This document shows, piece after piece, positions 27,059 to 41,500 of a stretch of DNA of 64,000 nt (its first letter is position 1; every line of letters starts with the position of its first letter). Origin of the DNA: Phoronis australis (taxonomy: Eukaryota; Animalia; Phoronida); the NCBI GenBank assembly GCA_002633005.1, contig NMRA01000181.1:1-64000 (forward strand), given 5' to 3'. The notes under the pieces were generated by a model. The model did no database searches. It saw only the letters and a program-made list of their open reading frames with translations, and was not told the origin of the DNA. A program made the position numbers and the translations under genes.

Positions 27059-30000
27059 TGCTCGAAATATTTACGTTCGTTGTGTTGGGGTCGCGTCGCA
27101 TAACTTATGGGCAGCACCTTCCTAGTGCCAGCGCCGGGCCAACGATTGTATCACGGCCGACGCGATAAAAATAAATAAGATTTATCTCCCCCTCCCCCCT
27201 TGTCTTGCTGGTTGTGCCTCACAAGCCGACACGACAAATTAGCCAGAGTGAATCCGACAACGAGGGCGAATATGAAGAGCACTGACCCGATTAACGTCGT
27301 TCAGGTGAATGAATTCCGACTTTTCCGCTAATGAACACAGTGACACAGTCACCGACTACCAGCGACTTGTTCGATGACTTCTTGTGACGTTGGAGATCTC
27401 GTAGTCCGAAATTTATTAAATAGTTAACTTTCAACATTTTTGAAATACATGTAATCCAATCAGTATTTGTTTAACACATTATTACGTGTTTCAATGATTT
27501 CTAGAGTGGCTTTCATACATTGCAATTTTTTCGAAACAAAATTTCGTGCGTTTAATTTTCCTCAACAATGTCTTCATTATTAGTGGCCAACGTGACAAAG
27601 ACAAAAAGTTAACTGACGATTCTGCGGAACACATAATAATCGATAATCTTAGCATCCTGCTTAAGCTGTATATCGCATCACGGTGTCGCACACACGAACA
27701 AATGAAGGTTTGAGAAACAACTGTGAGTTGAGATAGAAATACGCAAAAGATTTAGGAAACTTAATTATGCCCCTATTTGGGACTGTTTCATGCAACCGGG
27801 CATCGTAACACTGTGAAAAAAAACTGTTACAATGAAAATGTGATACATCCGGTTCTAATAGATCAAAAGCGAAAACTCGTTTTCACAGTATTTTGCACCA
27901 TTTTATCAACGTGAATTGTATGCACGACTCCATTCTAAAATTATAGTCATACTCATTATTACTATGCTACTTATCTTTCACAATTGAAATTTTCTCGAAC
28001 ATATAGACCCGCATACGTGTAAAGTATTTAAATAAGAATCGCAGGAAGTCGAAATATTCTCCAGACTCGTTTGCTCTAGCCAGTGATCAGGCAAGCACCA
28101 GCATGAAAAAAGGAAAAAATAATCAACGTAATATACATGCAGTTAGGCCCACGCACACAACGCTATTGAGAAAAATCAAACCAGACTTTGGTGGGGGACT
28201 GAACTGGGCTCGGCACCACCACCACACGCGCAAGCCTTGGTGGCGGACAAGCGTTATAAAACATTCAATAGCATACAAATCAGGCCAAGGAGTCGCATAC
28301 AAGCTTACCTAAGGCTACACACCAGGATGGATTATCGATTCGATCCAATAAAGGTATTGACATTGTCAATTCAAACTGTGCGAATGAAATACACACGTGC
28401 GGAAGTTGGGTTTACTCCATACTACGGATGTTCGGTATTCGCTCAGCAGAGCTTGCATAAGGCTACGCACCATTGCTGAATAATGTATTGATATGGCCAG
28501 ATCTGTTTATTTTCTTATTGTTTCATTTTCATCGACGCTCTCAAAATGGGGTTATGATACAAATACGTTCAAAAGTCAGCCAGTTATTCACGTAACTTAG
28601 TTATTTGTCATTCCCGTCTTACATTCAGAGACAAATCCGTGGCGCTTTCCGCAAATATATCTCAAGACACGCCAAATGCTCTAACAATTCACTGAATATC
28701 AGTTGCACAAATCCTGAAGACTGAAGTTCCTTCAGTAGGTATAACACACTTTTCCTGAGACTTCGGTATTTTTGCTATTTTGTCGATTAATTTTAATTAG
28801 CCTAACTACTTTCGATAAGTACCGGTACTTGAATATCTGCAATGTATCAACAATTTTTGCTAATAGGGACACAATGTCAACAGTAACTTCCACATTATTT
28901 CATTCTAAAGGGCGGATCAAGGAAGCTGAGTTTAGGGACAGGCTCACAAGCACTTCACCATGTCCAGTCAACACGCTATAAACGCATGCCAATGCCCGAA
29001 AAATGCGTGTTTCAGGGCAAAAGACCTTTTCCAGCAGTGCCGGATTAACCATAAGCTATCCGAGGGACATGGAAAATGAGGACCGAATCTCGTAACCGAC
29101 TGAAAAGTTAAAAATTGTGGCGCGGATGACAGGGGTGGAATCGCGAAACTATCGGCGACCACAGGATTGAAGGAGTTGAGGCGACCGGTTGAAGGGGGTT
29201 GACAATATGAGAACGGGGAGCTTAAATACCAGTAGAGCATCCTCAGCAGTGGACAAGCAGGTGACCAACCTGTAGCCACTAAAAATTTGCTGGTTTGCTT
29301 GAAGGGTGATGTTTGGTTATTGGATACTTCCTCCTTCTGGGAGCTGCGAAATCCGGTGAAACTTGGTGGAATTCTGTGGACGGAATATCGTCTCGGAAAC
29401 TTCAGTTACAGGTTCGTCTATTTTCGGATAACGTAATGACTAATTTGAAATCTGTAATGCACTGTATGAAATTTCTGGGCAATTCTCGAAGGGTTTTGGA
29501 TGCCTGTTGCAGAATATTTTATTGTATTTCAGCACCATTTTGGTTTAGCCATCGTATAACACAACTTTCACTTGTTGTTTACTGTCACTTTCTCTGAGAA
29601 CACGAAACGTTTATTATCTTATAGTCAAGACACATCTCTTGTTGTTTCCAACGAACCACTTCTGCGGACAGCACATAGCCGAACCGTATTTTGGACCACA
29701 TTTTTTGGAATCGGTAGGAAATTTGCTTTCGGAATCTGATGTTGGCTTTTGTCGAGCATCGGTAGGGAAGTGGTTGTTTTGTGGTGAAAAGTGCCGATTT
29801 TGCATTTTTTTTCCCTATTTTTCTTAGTCTAGCTTGGTTTTCAGTGGTAGTGAAAGGGTAAAAATACAAGAGTAAAGTTTCTGTGCTCATCTGAAGCTCA
29901 AAATTATTCTTTATTTGCATGCAGTTTTTGACAGCGTGAAGAAAAGGTGAAGAGTCCATTGACGTGTGTTCTGATAGGCAACCCCCTTTAAGAACTGTTC

Positions 30001-30109
30001 TGTGTCTTATTTTGCAGAGTCTTATCGAGTGACCACGTAAATGATGGCATCGTTTATGTAAACTTGTCTTTGATTGCACATAGCGAATAACATTCAGCGC
30101 GTTGATTAA

Positions 30110-31401
30110 AGGCGAAGGCAACCTTTTTTCATGTCACTTTTATCAAAAATAAGGTTCGTTGATTATCTCAGACACATTTTTCACTTAATTACAGCTTTTC
30201 GTAATTTGATTAATTTCTCGTCCTCTACTCCGGAAGTGACATTTTGGGAGGCAAGAGTTTCGCGCCAATTTCTTTTCATTATAGTCTGACTTTGACAGTT
30301 GTCGAGTCAGTCATTGTTCTACCTCGTTCGGTCGTCGTTTGCTTTTGTTTACAAGTCAGTCAACATGCCATGCTGTAGCTGAGTGCCGCGATGTACTCAT
30401 TATCGTCTCACACGCGCTTTGGGTACCTTGCGTCGCTTTCTGAAGGATGACACACTTCGCCGTAGTTGGCTAGCTCATTCATGTGAAGAACACAGCGCTA
30501 TCCGTCCACGCAACGTACAAAGCAATGGAGGGTTACCGAGTGTGGCAAGCATTTTCTGCCGTCAGATTATGACAGATATGTACGCTGAACTGATGAAGGT
30601 CCCTGCGAAACAACGCATGAAGAAGGGTACCATACCGTCGCTGTTTATTCCCGGCAGTGCCCCGTCGCCAACACCGAGAAGTGCGTTTTTGAAGCGAGAA
30701 GACTATGTACAGTGACTGGAGGCACTTCATCTACTGTTACCCGTGCCTCCGAACGTATCTCATTGCGTGCAACTAGCAGCGATTCGCCCTGTGCTGTTGT
30801 CTCTAGCCCAGAGCCTGTAAGCAGCCCTGCAGCGATGTTGAGTAGTGGGAGTGAATACAGGCCCAGTTCAACACCCAGTGAAGAGGACAGTTCGTCATCC
30901 AATGAACAGATCGGTGAGCCTAAGTTTGATAAGTTTATTGTGGACTTGTATTGGAGCTATTTGGAAGGTGCCAGGTGGGTGGCGCGGGAGTCACACGGCG
31001 GGATGTAAGCAGTTTGGGTGCTCAGATCACCCTCCAATGGGAGTGTGTCGCGGGACACTCGGGCAAGTGGGGCAGTTCTTCCTCTGTACGTGAGACGATA
31101 ATGAGTACACCCCAGTACGCAGCAACAGCGTGGCATGTTGACTGACTCGTAAGCAAAAGCAAACGACGACCGAACTTATCACAACCGAGGTAGAACAATG
31201 ACTGACTCGACTGCTCTCACAGTCAGACTACATGAAAAGAAATTGGCGCGAAATTCTTGCCTCCCAAAACGTCACTTCCGGAGTAGACGACGAGTAATAA
31301 ATTAAATTACGAAAAGCAGTAAATAAGTGAAAAATATGTCTGGGATAATCAACGAACCTTATTTTTGGTAAAAATGACATGAAAAAAGGTTGCCTTCGCC
31401 T
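30110..31401 (+). mobile_element. Kolobok-like internally deleted DNA transposon with ~245-bp TIRs and a decayed THAP-domain transposase 5' fragment
   Basis: TTAA TSD at 30106-30109 and 31402-31405; termini AGGCGAAGGCAACC...GGTTGCCTTCGCCT; long TIRs ~30110-30350 and ~31153-31401. Internal frames give MPCCS*VPRC...FLKDDTLRRSW...(frameshift)ECGKHF...MKKGTIPSLF (THAP C2CH plus AVPT-like box) and later WECVAGHSGKWGSS. Confidence 0.85.
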
Positions 31402-34400
31402 TTAAGAAAAAACTACGAGTCGATTACGTAAAAGTGCGCGTTGAATAAGGGCAGAGCGATGACCGTTCAAGAACATTGGTTACGCACATTTCAATGGGCA
31501 GAAAGGTACTCGTTCAAGAACCCTTTGGCGCTTCGTACCAAACAGCCGTTGACGCGGACCAACGGACTCAACAGCGTCACAGATAATTTTATTTGGAACT
31601 GCGAGATATTGTCTTTTAGTTTCCTCTTTCAAGTCCTCTATTGTTGCTGCTCTTAAAATAAAATTGTCTCAAGTTTGCATTTCTTAACATTTTTGTGTGT
31701 CCAGCAACATTGCGCGATGAATTTACGCTCTCCAAAACTAAGTGGTTTGTTAGCCAGCACGTGACTGTTCACGCGTCTACTTTTTCCCCAAAATTAATAG
31801 AGTAAGTCATGGCGCACAGTAACTGAATTTGAACTCCCGGTATTGTACTGAAGCGTGATTACATTTTTAGAACACTCTGTACACGTGCACTGTAGTTTAA
31901 TGTCGAGTCTTGATTTCGTTAAACCCTGACTTTGTAAGAGGAAAACCCTTTAGTTTTGAACCGGGTGAGTCAACGCGTCCGGTTTTCCACATAGACTGAA
32001 TTTTGGCGTGCTAAATTATCTAACACATATTTTACCTTGGTACGAAACTGCAGATGGACTTCCGAACAAGCACATAATCTCATTTTAAAAATTCTTCGGT
32101 TATAAATGTGTTTCCTCGTCATTGAAAGTAGTTTAACGCCAACAGATATCCGCACTAATCAATCCATTAATGCACTTGTGGTCGCAAATTGCAAAAATCG
32201 AACACCGCTACAGGTAATATCACATAAACATGTTAATTAAATTGGTCGTTAACCATCATAACCTGGTTTAATTACAGCGATTTGTGAGCAATGTATTGAC
32301 GAAAACAAGCAAACAACGTTCTTTTGATAAATATAACCACTTTCCCAATTTCCAAAAATATTAGAATGCGACGTATTTCTTCATTTCCTATAGCTTGTCC
32401 TTTCCCCCGAAACTCGCTTATATCATCCCAGTCAGACCATCATTCCACAGGACTCCAGTGATTATGACCCTCTCGTCTTCTACGTGTGCAATTCGGACCT
32501 TATAGTATAATTATTATTAAGTTTTTGTTATTTCCATGTGCGTGTGGAGCATGTTAGCTTTGGTTATTAGCTCAACCATCCTTGCCATATAGAATTATTT
32601 GAGTCATGAATATGCAGTCTCTATTGTTTACTTGTGTGTAGTTTTTTTACTACACGTCAAGCATTGTAAAACTATGTAAAACAGCATTCAAAACTAGCCT
32701 TCGCATTGGCGGCATCTAACCTTCTCGAAGCATCCATGCCACACAATGTAAGCATACAGTTTACTTTCTCGTAAAATTTTATACAAGCTACGGGTAGAAA
32801 AAAATTCATCAATTCATATCCATCCACCGGTCCGTTCGCCAGTACATTACAGACAGATAATAAAAACCACGATCTTAATTGTTTACACACAAATGAAGTC
32901 AACGTTCTAACGTACTTATTAGAACAATAAGATGCTTGATATTGGTATGTTCGTTCTTTAATTAGAGTTCAGCTCATGAATGTTTTGTGACCCGTGTCTC
33001 TCAGAACTGGTTGGAGACGTAATGGAGGGAGAGGTTTGTAGACACAACGTACTCAGTACTTTATATTCGCACACAAATGCCACACCATTTATGAAACAAA
33101 CTCAACAGGGAAAAGGAAATTTTCTCCTTACGCACCCTATCAATGCTAAATAATACCAAAACCAAATGTACGCTACACCATCGCACTAAAAATGTCTCAA
33201 ATCTTGCCATGTGCACGTAAGTATTAAAGAAAAATTCGAACGACCAAAACGCTGCATCTGTCGCCGACGACAATCATTCATACTAAACATCTGCAAGTGT
33301 ATCATCTTTAGAACAACTGGACATTGTTTATACTGATTAACACGGAGAAATGCTCCCTGCCAATCAAGGAACCAAAGACACTTAATATTTTTACTTGTTG
33401 AATCCATGATTTAATCTGAAACGCTTGAATTTGAACAGAATTATTGCAGAAACTTATACTTGGGCCAATCGAAATATAGCTTATTTTTTAGGTTTAGTTT
33501 TGCAAAAGCTTCCTCTGTGTTCTGATTGATTTTTACCCATGGTTCATTTCTAGACTACGGTACCATTTCATTAACATTTAGTTCAATTGTTAAACGACAT
33601 CAAAACTATCGCTTACTTATTACAGCGTGGCGCCCGATAGAAAGTGGCATTGGCATTAAAGGAAAATTATCGCTTTTTTGACTGAAAAATGCATTTTTGG
33701 GATTCCAGTTGGATGCGATAGACTTCTTGAAAAAGTTAACTTTGACCGGATCATTTTGTTTGTGTGATTTCAAGACAAACCGCCAGTTGTCACCATTGTG
33801 AGGTAGACATTTGCAAAATCAAGACCGGTGACTTGTATCCAATGCTAACACCAGCGTGTATTATCTTACTGGTATCTGTTCAGATTATCTCATGCGATAC
33901 AGCATTACCTTGTAATAACGAGTATCAAAAATAATGCCAAGTGACCAGTTCTGCTTTTCATAACTGGGCTTCATTTCCTCTGCTTCCCCTTATCGTTAAT
34001 TGTCTCTTAGACGACTATATTATTTTTGAGCGGACTCACGAAAGGACGATTTCCACGAGTTGTTGATATGCAGCTCCAGGAGAGCTAACTCGTGGATGAA
34101 ACGGTGTCGTCACCTCGTGAATGGATGGACATACTCTGCCATTCATTGAATGGGGTTTTAGCTCCGCACTCAGAGTGACCAGGGAGTTTTCTGGTTCGAT
34201 TCAGAGCGGTTCATCTCCGAAAATCACCCTTTAAAAGCGCGTTTTTCATTAAACGGGGCTCTTGTCTCAGAAAATGGAATATCACCCTATTCAATTATAG
34301 AATCCACGAGGTGAAGTGAAAAGACGGTGTTGTAGACATTTGTGTCACAAGGTTCACAAGTGGGGCTGTTGTGTTTATAATGAACGATAAAAGCAAACGG

Positions 34401-35229
34401 CGGTGATAAGTAGCAACGCCATTAGATGATGATGTTGTGTCTGACCATAAATTGATGTCTAAGTGACGCCTCCGTCCCTCATAGATTGGTCAAAACAAGA
34501 ACACACCCATGGCAACCTAATTTGTGCTTAATACGCAAGGGATGGAATAATAACCAACACAAATATGCTTCATAAAAATCGAATAAACAGACTATCAGGG
34601 ACGCGTATTTCCCCGTCACTCCTACGCATAAGCACAAACTGGTCTTTACCATTGACAAACTTGGACACACTAATTTCTTCAGAAGTCTGTGGAACCACAT
34701 CTTTAAAACACCACACACGGCTAATTAGGTCAACCCATGATAGCACACTTCAAACTGGAATAAATCAATTTAGAGGCGGTGAATTTTCCCGTCGGTGTAA
34801 TCAAACAACTCAGTTCGGTCCATGGTTATATCATGTGTAATAAAAGTCCCCATATCGCTGTATCAAAAACCAAGATACTGAGAGGGTTCCACAACAAATC
34901 AATGCTTTTCAAAAATGGCGCTGCATGTGCCTTACTCAAAAACGGGATTGAATGCTTGAATAGGAATTTCAACCTTTAGCTAGCCCGAAAGTTCTGTAAT
35001 TTCGTTTAACAATATGCGCATAATTGAAACGTGTCACAACACTAATGGGGGTTATTATAGGCCAGTCATGTTCAGGCCCGTGGCCAGCATTGCGCGTGGG
35101 GTGGTTCGAATTTCTAGAACGGTGGACCTTCGATATTCTGCAATCGTCGACACTGTAGAGTTCTCGGTAAGGCCCTTGACGCAGCTTAATTAGGGGGGCT
35201 CTCATCTCTACTTTCCTGAGATAAGACGA

Positions 35230-36530
35230 AATTTGTAATACCAGAAATCACGATGCAGTAACGGTTGCTCGTAAAGAACGCAGCTCAAATTCGGATGTAA
35301 TGTAGCCCAGAAAGTATCGCGGACCTTACCGTTGAAAGTGTCGCGCGTAATTACTACGGAGACTTCGCTCGTATTTTACGAACGAAATCGTTATATCGAA
35401 TGAGAAATTGGTTTGTGAGCTCTGAAGCAGTTGTGCGCTCGTAACTTTACACTCATATTTTTCGCGCGTAGACCTAGTTTTACGTTCGTAATTTTACGTA
35501 CGTATTTTTGCTCGTAATTTTACCATCGTAATTTCACTCTCGCATTTTTCACGTTATGAAGTATTTTGAAGGTATAATCTCTGGTGCAAATTATAAAAGT
35601 GGAAAAGGTTGAAAATATCAAAGACCGGCTGAAATGTTTTTTTTTCTTGCTGTCCTAACCATCCCAAGCACTTGAAATTTGTCCCTTTTAGTACATATTG
35701 ATGTGCCAAAATGTATATCTAGTAGGTTGTCTGACAATGCTTTTATATGATTTGTTAAAAAACCATACTTTTTCATTTATTTACGCAAAGTTTCATTCTT
35801 TTACTGTTAACAATAGGAGGAGGCAGTGTGGCCTAGAGTGATAAGTGCCCGCTTTCTTTACTCAAGATCGTGGGTTCGAGTCCCGCTGGGTCACACTTCT
35901 AAACGCTTGCGTCAGGTTTCTAGCTCCTCAGCTCGGTTTTAGCTATATATTAATAAAGCATAAACAGTAATCCGTGCAGTGGGCCCACATGCGCGGCCAG
36001 CGCACGTCTGGTACAACATGTATCAGACCTCCTGCAATTATTTTTTACTCTTAACAAAGCGTGCAGATGACGTATGACATTGCAAAAAACATTGGTTCAA
36101 AATGGTTTTAGGTGGTTATGCAGAAAATTTTTTAAATGTTGTTGGTAAGTCTCACTCTTTATTCAAGACATTTGAATAACAAACCATTTGCATAGCAAAA
36201 ACAGTATCAACTGCGTATTATTTTAATGGTGATGGTCTCGTGGACTCGTACATTATGACTATACTTGCTAAAAAATTACGAGCAATAAATACGGGTGTAA
36301 AACTTCTTTAGAGCTCACGTGACCTGCAAACCAATTTCTTATTGGATATAGCGATTTCGGTGGTAAAGTAAGAGCGAAGTCTCGGTCGTAATCACGAGCG
36401 TAATTATGGACAAACGATTTCAATCTGAAAACACAAGCGAAGTCTCGGTTGTGACCACTAGCCCAATTATGGGCGAACAATTTCGGTCGTAAAATACGAG
36501 CGAAATCTTGGTCGTGCGGATTACAGCCCA
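35230..36530. repeat. Long imperfect inverted repeat (foldback-like) built of ~60-bp CG-rich sub-repeats
   Basis: 35345-35425 (GTAATTACTACGGAGACTTCGCTCGTATTTTACGAACGAAATCG...TTGGTTTGTGAGCTC) is the reverse complement, with mismatches, of 36311-36395. 35500-35520 pairs with 36272-36292. Confidence 0.7.
35816..35900 (+). mobile_element. tRNA-derived SINE head / tRNA-like pseudo-sequence
   Basis: A-box-like GTGGCCTAGAGTG and B-box GGTTCGAGTCCC with tRNA spacing; the acceptor stem does not close properly. Confidence 0.6.
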
Positions 36531-38526
36531 CTATTCCAAAGGCTCACTACTTTGAAAGGGCCTTCTTGGAAAGCAGTGCTATCACTGAAGAGGCCACCCT
36601 CATTTTAAATATCACAATAATAAAATAATGAAATAAAATAAGTTCACTCACTCAGAAAATATCTAAAATTTTGGACCCAGGTGTAGTTTTTATATTTTTG
36701 CATGCAAAAATAAACTACACGCGGTTATTTGATGCAATCAGGGTTGTAGCTATACCGAAAACAACACCCGGGTAATAAAACACTTTATTTGGATTTCATG
36801 CGCATGCGAAATTGCAGACATGTCTTAAGAATACATAAAAATGAGTACGTACTTGCATTTCTAAAAGAGAACGAAGTAAGAATATTGATGAGTTATCAAC
36901 CACGATACGTTTATCAAATCCGTGTCAATGTCGCATCATTTCATAGCGTGACTGAAAGGTTTAGGACCACTGCGCCTCAACCTCACCCACCGGAACCACG
37001 CGCATGGCCATACCGAAACTAAATGTAGTTAGGAGGCTACCTTGTCCCTGCCATTCTTCACAAAATCGGAGAGTCTCATTCAGTCTTATAAAATTTAATA
37101 CCAGCGTTGGTCGCCGCAGCCTTGACCCGCGTCCTAAATGTTGTCCCTCAGTGCTTGAGAAGGAGTCGTTACTTAGATCACGATTGGCAGTAATTGGAAC
37201 TGAGCTCATTTGTAAACAATGTAATCAATGTTTTAATAACTATTCAAGTCTTGCACACCCTTAAAATGGTTACTAAATGGACACAAATAAAAAAAACTTT
37301 AATCACGTCAGTTCCGACTCATCAGCAGACAATCAGAGTAATGAGCTGTCGGAATTCTGGTGAATTGTGAACGGTGGAAGTAAAGAACTTTCGAAGGTAA
37401 CCTTCGGAGTAGTGAACCATCGGAGTACTGAACCCCCGCAATTGTAACACGTAACCTTGGAAACATTCTTAATGAAGTTTGTTGCTCGTATGAAATCTGC
37501 GAGGCGGTGCACCATTGACAGTAGTTGTAGTACGAGTAGCTGCAACAATTTCGTTGCTGCTGTGCATCTATATCCTAGCTTTAACGGAGAGGCTGGGGCT
37601 GGACCTTTTCCGCGNNNNNNNNNNNNNNGGGGGGGGGGGGTTCGATCGAACCCTCCGAGCCCCCCCTGGCTACGGGCCTGAAATTGTTTTTGTACACTAG
37701 ACACTTGGAGTGAAATCGTTTACCTTATATCATTCATTCAGTCGTTTTTCTAAAGTCTTTACAATGGGCGAGAGTTACATTCGCCTGTATCACATACCCA
37801 GATAAGGCCAAAAAGCATATTTGGTTCTGGCCTATTTTTTGGGAAAATAGGGTAGGTGGTGCAATACTTTTTAGTCGCTCATTTTTCCAAAAATGATCCG
37901 TGATTGTGTACTTTTACTCATCGCTTGACAAATCATGATGTCGGTTCAAATGTTGCGCACAACTTTCCTAAAAAACACCAGCGCAGGTCTTAAAATGGGT
38001 CGGGATTAAGATCAGAACCAACTGTTTTTCCGCTTAGAAGAAAACAGTCGTGAAAGTGGATCCTGACATCCTAAACCCCATTAAGGAGGCAGTAAACCCC
38101 CGCGACTGCTATATGGCGTTACAAAACTGTTATACAGTGAATCTCACTTGCTGTCATAACGGATAATAGGATATCTCGGCTATTTGCCATGAAATGTCAG
38201 AAACATCCATTTCCCCATGCATGTATAGTAACCATCACAATGTTAAGATTTATTGTCATATTCTCGGATATTGTCATTAAAACTCAGTAAAATTGATTCT
38301 CACCCGCTTATTAACATGCGTACCGCTGCTTTTCTATCTAAAAACCAACCCAATTCATCTTCAATTCAATTGCCTTATCGGAGCTAGGCGCCGAGGGTAA
38401 AAATCAGCTAATTTCCCGCTTAGCTGCCTTACTCTCAAGACTGTCTATTTACTGTATTATAACAGTTAACATCGAAACCGACATCGCGTGGGTATGACAT
38501 AGAGCGGACTCCACTGTAGTAATAGG

Positions 38527-39710
38527 GTAGTAGTATTTATTCATTATAGTGACAAGTACAATTAAATCAAACAGTTATAGGTATAACATTCGTAAGAAAG
38601 ATAAGTACCCAACCCAGTTGGGCTTATTAGTCACTTTAACCACACAACTCAGATGTAGCCCTGCCAAAAATGCGTCGGTTTCTAAGTTCAAAAGCAGATT
38701 TGATATATTTGGCAAATTGCCTAGGAAAATACTGAATAGCAGTTTAACGTATCTAATCTGCTGAAATCTACAAAGTTCGGGATTTGAAGTGAAACATTAT
38801 TAAATAGAATAGACCTCCGTGAGTCATAAATAGAACAATCAAACACAAAGTGTAGCTCATCCTCCTCAGAGCCAGAGTCACAACACAAGCAGTCTTTCAC
38901 TTACAGGAGTGTTTACATAACGACCAGTTTCCAAGTGCAATGAGAGATTTCCTGCTCTAAGCTGAGCCAGAAGAGACCGCTCGGAACGAGATAAATTAAT
39001 CTTTACAAACGACTCAGTTAAAAACTTGTGCTTAAATAAAATGTAGGTTGTTAACTTGGGTTTAGTTAAACAATTTCGGTCCAAGCATGTTTCGCGTATT
39101 CAAATAGCTTGTTTCGAGCATCTATTATGTTACAAGTAGTCAAATATTGAAAACAGGATTGCATGCCAGTTATGTTAAGCAAATTTTTTATTTCGTCTAT
39201 CCAACCCATTCTACCAACAGAGTAGTCTCATAGAAATACCTTCTTCAGCAACCTATCACCACCTGTGGTTACTAGTTTGTTCCAAAGACGCAGCATATTC
39301 AATTTAAATCTATTTCCGGTGGAGTCCCACCCCATATCGCCACTAACAGCATGAGTGGCTGTAGGTTGACCCCTAAATAAAAACGCATCGCTCTGTTTTG
39401 TATATTTTCATCATTACCAAAATTTTTGTAACCCCTAACAGATGACCCGTAATCCAAAATTGGTGCCACACACGAATTAAATGATGTTTTAAACGATTCG
39501 AATCTTAGATTCTTGTTATCACGGAATGTTGAGCATAATTTCCCTAACGCTCTACCAGAAGCTTCAGATCAAATTTTCTTTGAAGTCAAAGTGTTGATCC
39601 AGAATACAGCCTAAATATTTGTATGAGGATTTATAACTGATGACACTGTTCAAAATAAATTCAAAATTGCTTCTAGGCATAGACTTAGCTCGAAAATGGA
39701 CAAACCTACC
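38527..39710 (-). mobile_element. 5'-truncated, decayed non-LTR retrotransposon (LINE; RT C-terminus plus C-terminal zinc-binding motif)
   Basis: Minus strand frames: SYKYLGCILDQHFDF (RT motif 7 YKYLG) near 39600; KPKLTTYILFK...RSLLAQLRAGNLSLHLETGRY...ERL...EEDELHFVFDCSIYDSR near 38820-39070. 3' end AATAAA then (TAC)n at ~38527-38545. Multiple frameshifts. Confidence 0.85.
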
Positions 39711-40140
39711 TATTTCTGTTATAAATTGCGCAAAACAGGAGCAAAAATTATGTGTAAAATGATTACTTTCTCAAAATAACAGACAGCACAGTTTGTCGAG
39801 AGCTTTTTATTAATACGGGTAATTTATCATCCTTTTCACGGACCAATGTCGGGCTGGGTTAGCAACAGAGGCACTTCGCCATCATGCTACACAAAAATGC
39901 TGAGGTCATGGCGACACTTGAAGACATGAGACTGACTGAAAATAAGAGTGGTCTGTTTTCCTACCTCATGGTCCGTATGGACGTTCTCAGTAACTTTGCT
40001 CTTTTTTAACAGTTACATGATTGTGAACCAAAGCTCTCAATTCTTTTCTTCATAACTCAATTTGCAGTCTAACCACATTCTTTTCTCCAGAACAACTATA
40101 ATTCCGTGCTCAGGAGAAATGAACGTCTCTCAACGAAACG

Positions 40141-40473
<333 letters not shown>

Positions 40474-41500
40474 GATAAGAGAAAAAAACGAGTACGGAAG
40501 AGTAGAATGGCGTTTTGTGAAAACTGCAACTGCTACAAAGAGCTGTGTCGCAGGAAGGAGTACGTCACCAACGAGGCCTGTGCGGAGTGTTTCGAGAGGA
40601 AGATTATCTACATTAAAACGTGCCACAGTTAACACGAGCTAGGGCTATTTTCAAGTAACCTTCTTATAAGTCACGTCGCCCTGAAAACATCAGGTTGCGT
40701 GGGATATGAAAATGCGTAGCTGCACTATTTCTGTATTGTATTTGTTTCATTGACCACCGTAAGCGCGGACGTAGGCAAAAGGTATCTGTGTTTGAACTAC
40801 AGACCGAGGAGCTACCGTCGTTCAGTGTCCTGCGTTGCTACAATGTAATGAGTTTTCTGACTGTACAAGACGTTGGCGCGACGTCAATGTAGTCTACAGT
40901 ATATTAAGCTTTGCTTTGCTTCATGCGACCTCAGTCTAGAAAACAGAGTACAGTTCCACGAACATAAAGATGGCACTAAAATAGTCAACTTCATATGCCA
41001 CAAGATTGTACGTTTTTTTGCGTTTTTAGTGCCAATTTGAGTTAGTTAAAACTTGGAGCCATTTTGTTGGTGAAACATCAGGTATTCGACAACGAAACCA
41101 TAACAATTCTGGTACTTATTTTAAGAATATGTTGAAAAATATTTGGAAAAAGGTTTGAATACATCCGTTTGCCTTAAATTTCGTTCTAAGACGCTCTTCA
41201 GTAAAATGAAGGTTGTCTTGAAAACGGACTTGCAAGACACAAATGTTTATAATTCAAATTTGGACCAACACTTCTGCTGGATCTGTAACACATTGGCAAA
41301 ATTTCACTCTATCTTAATTATGTTAATATCATTTGCTTGTGCACTCTCCTGCTTCTAATAGTTCAGCTGGTATATGAGCCGTAACCGTGACTCAGTGAAC
41401 ACTTTTCAGAAAGGCTGCTGTGGACTACCAGAATGAAAACATGGACGAAATCGCAACTATTACAAACATAAAAATTACACCTTGCCAGATGCGTAAGGAT

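Noticed and set aside
29313-29430. Hydrophobic stretch LVIGYFLLLGAA, a possible signal-peptide exon of a further secreted gene
   Set aside because: No in-frame ATG (upstream TGA), and no cysteine-pattern or downstream exon could be linked.
35816-35900. Functional tRNA gene (also ~56960-57020 on the - strand)
   Set aside because: A and B boxes are present but the cloverleaf and acceptor stem do not close; treated as SINE-derived.
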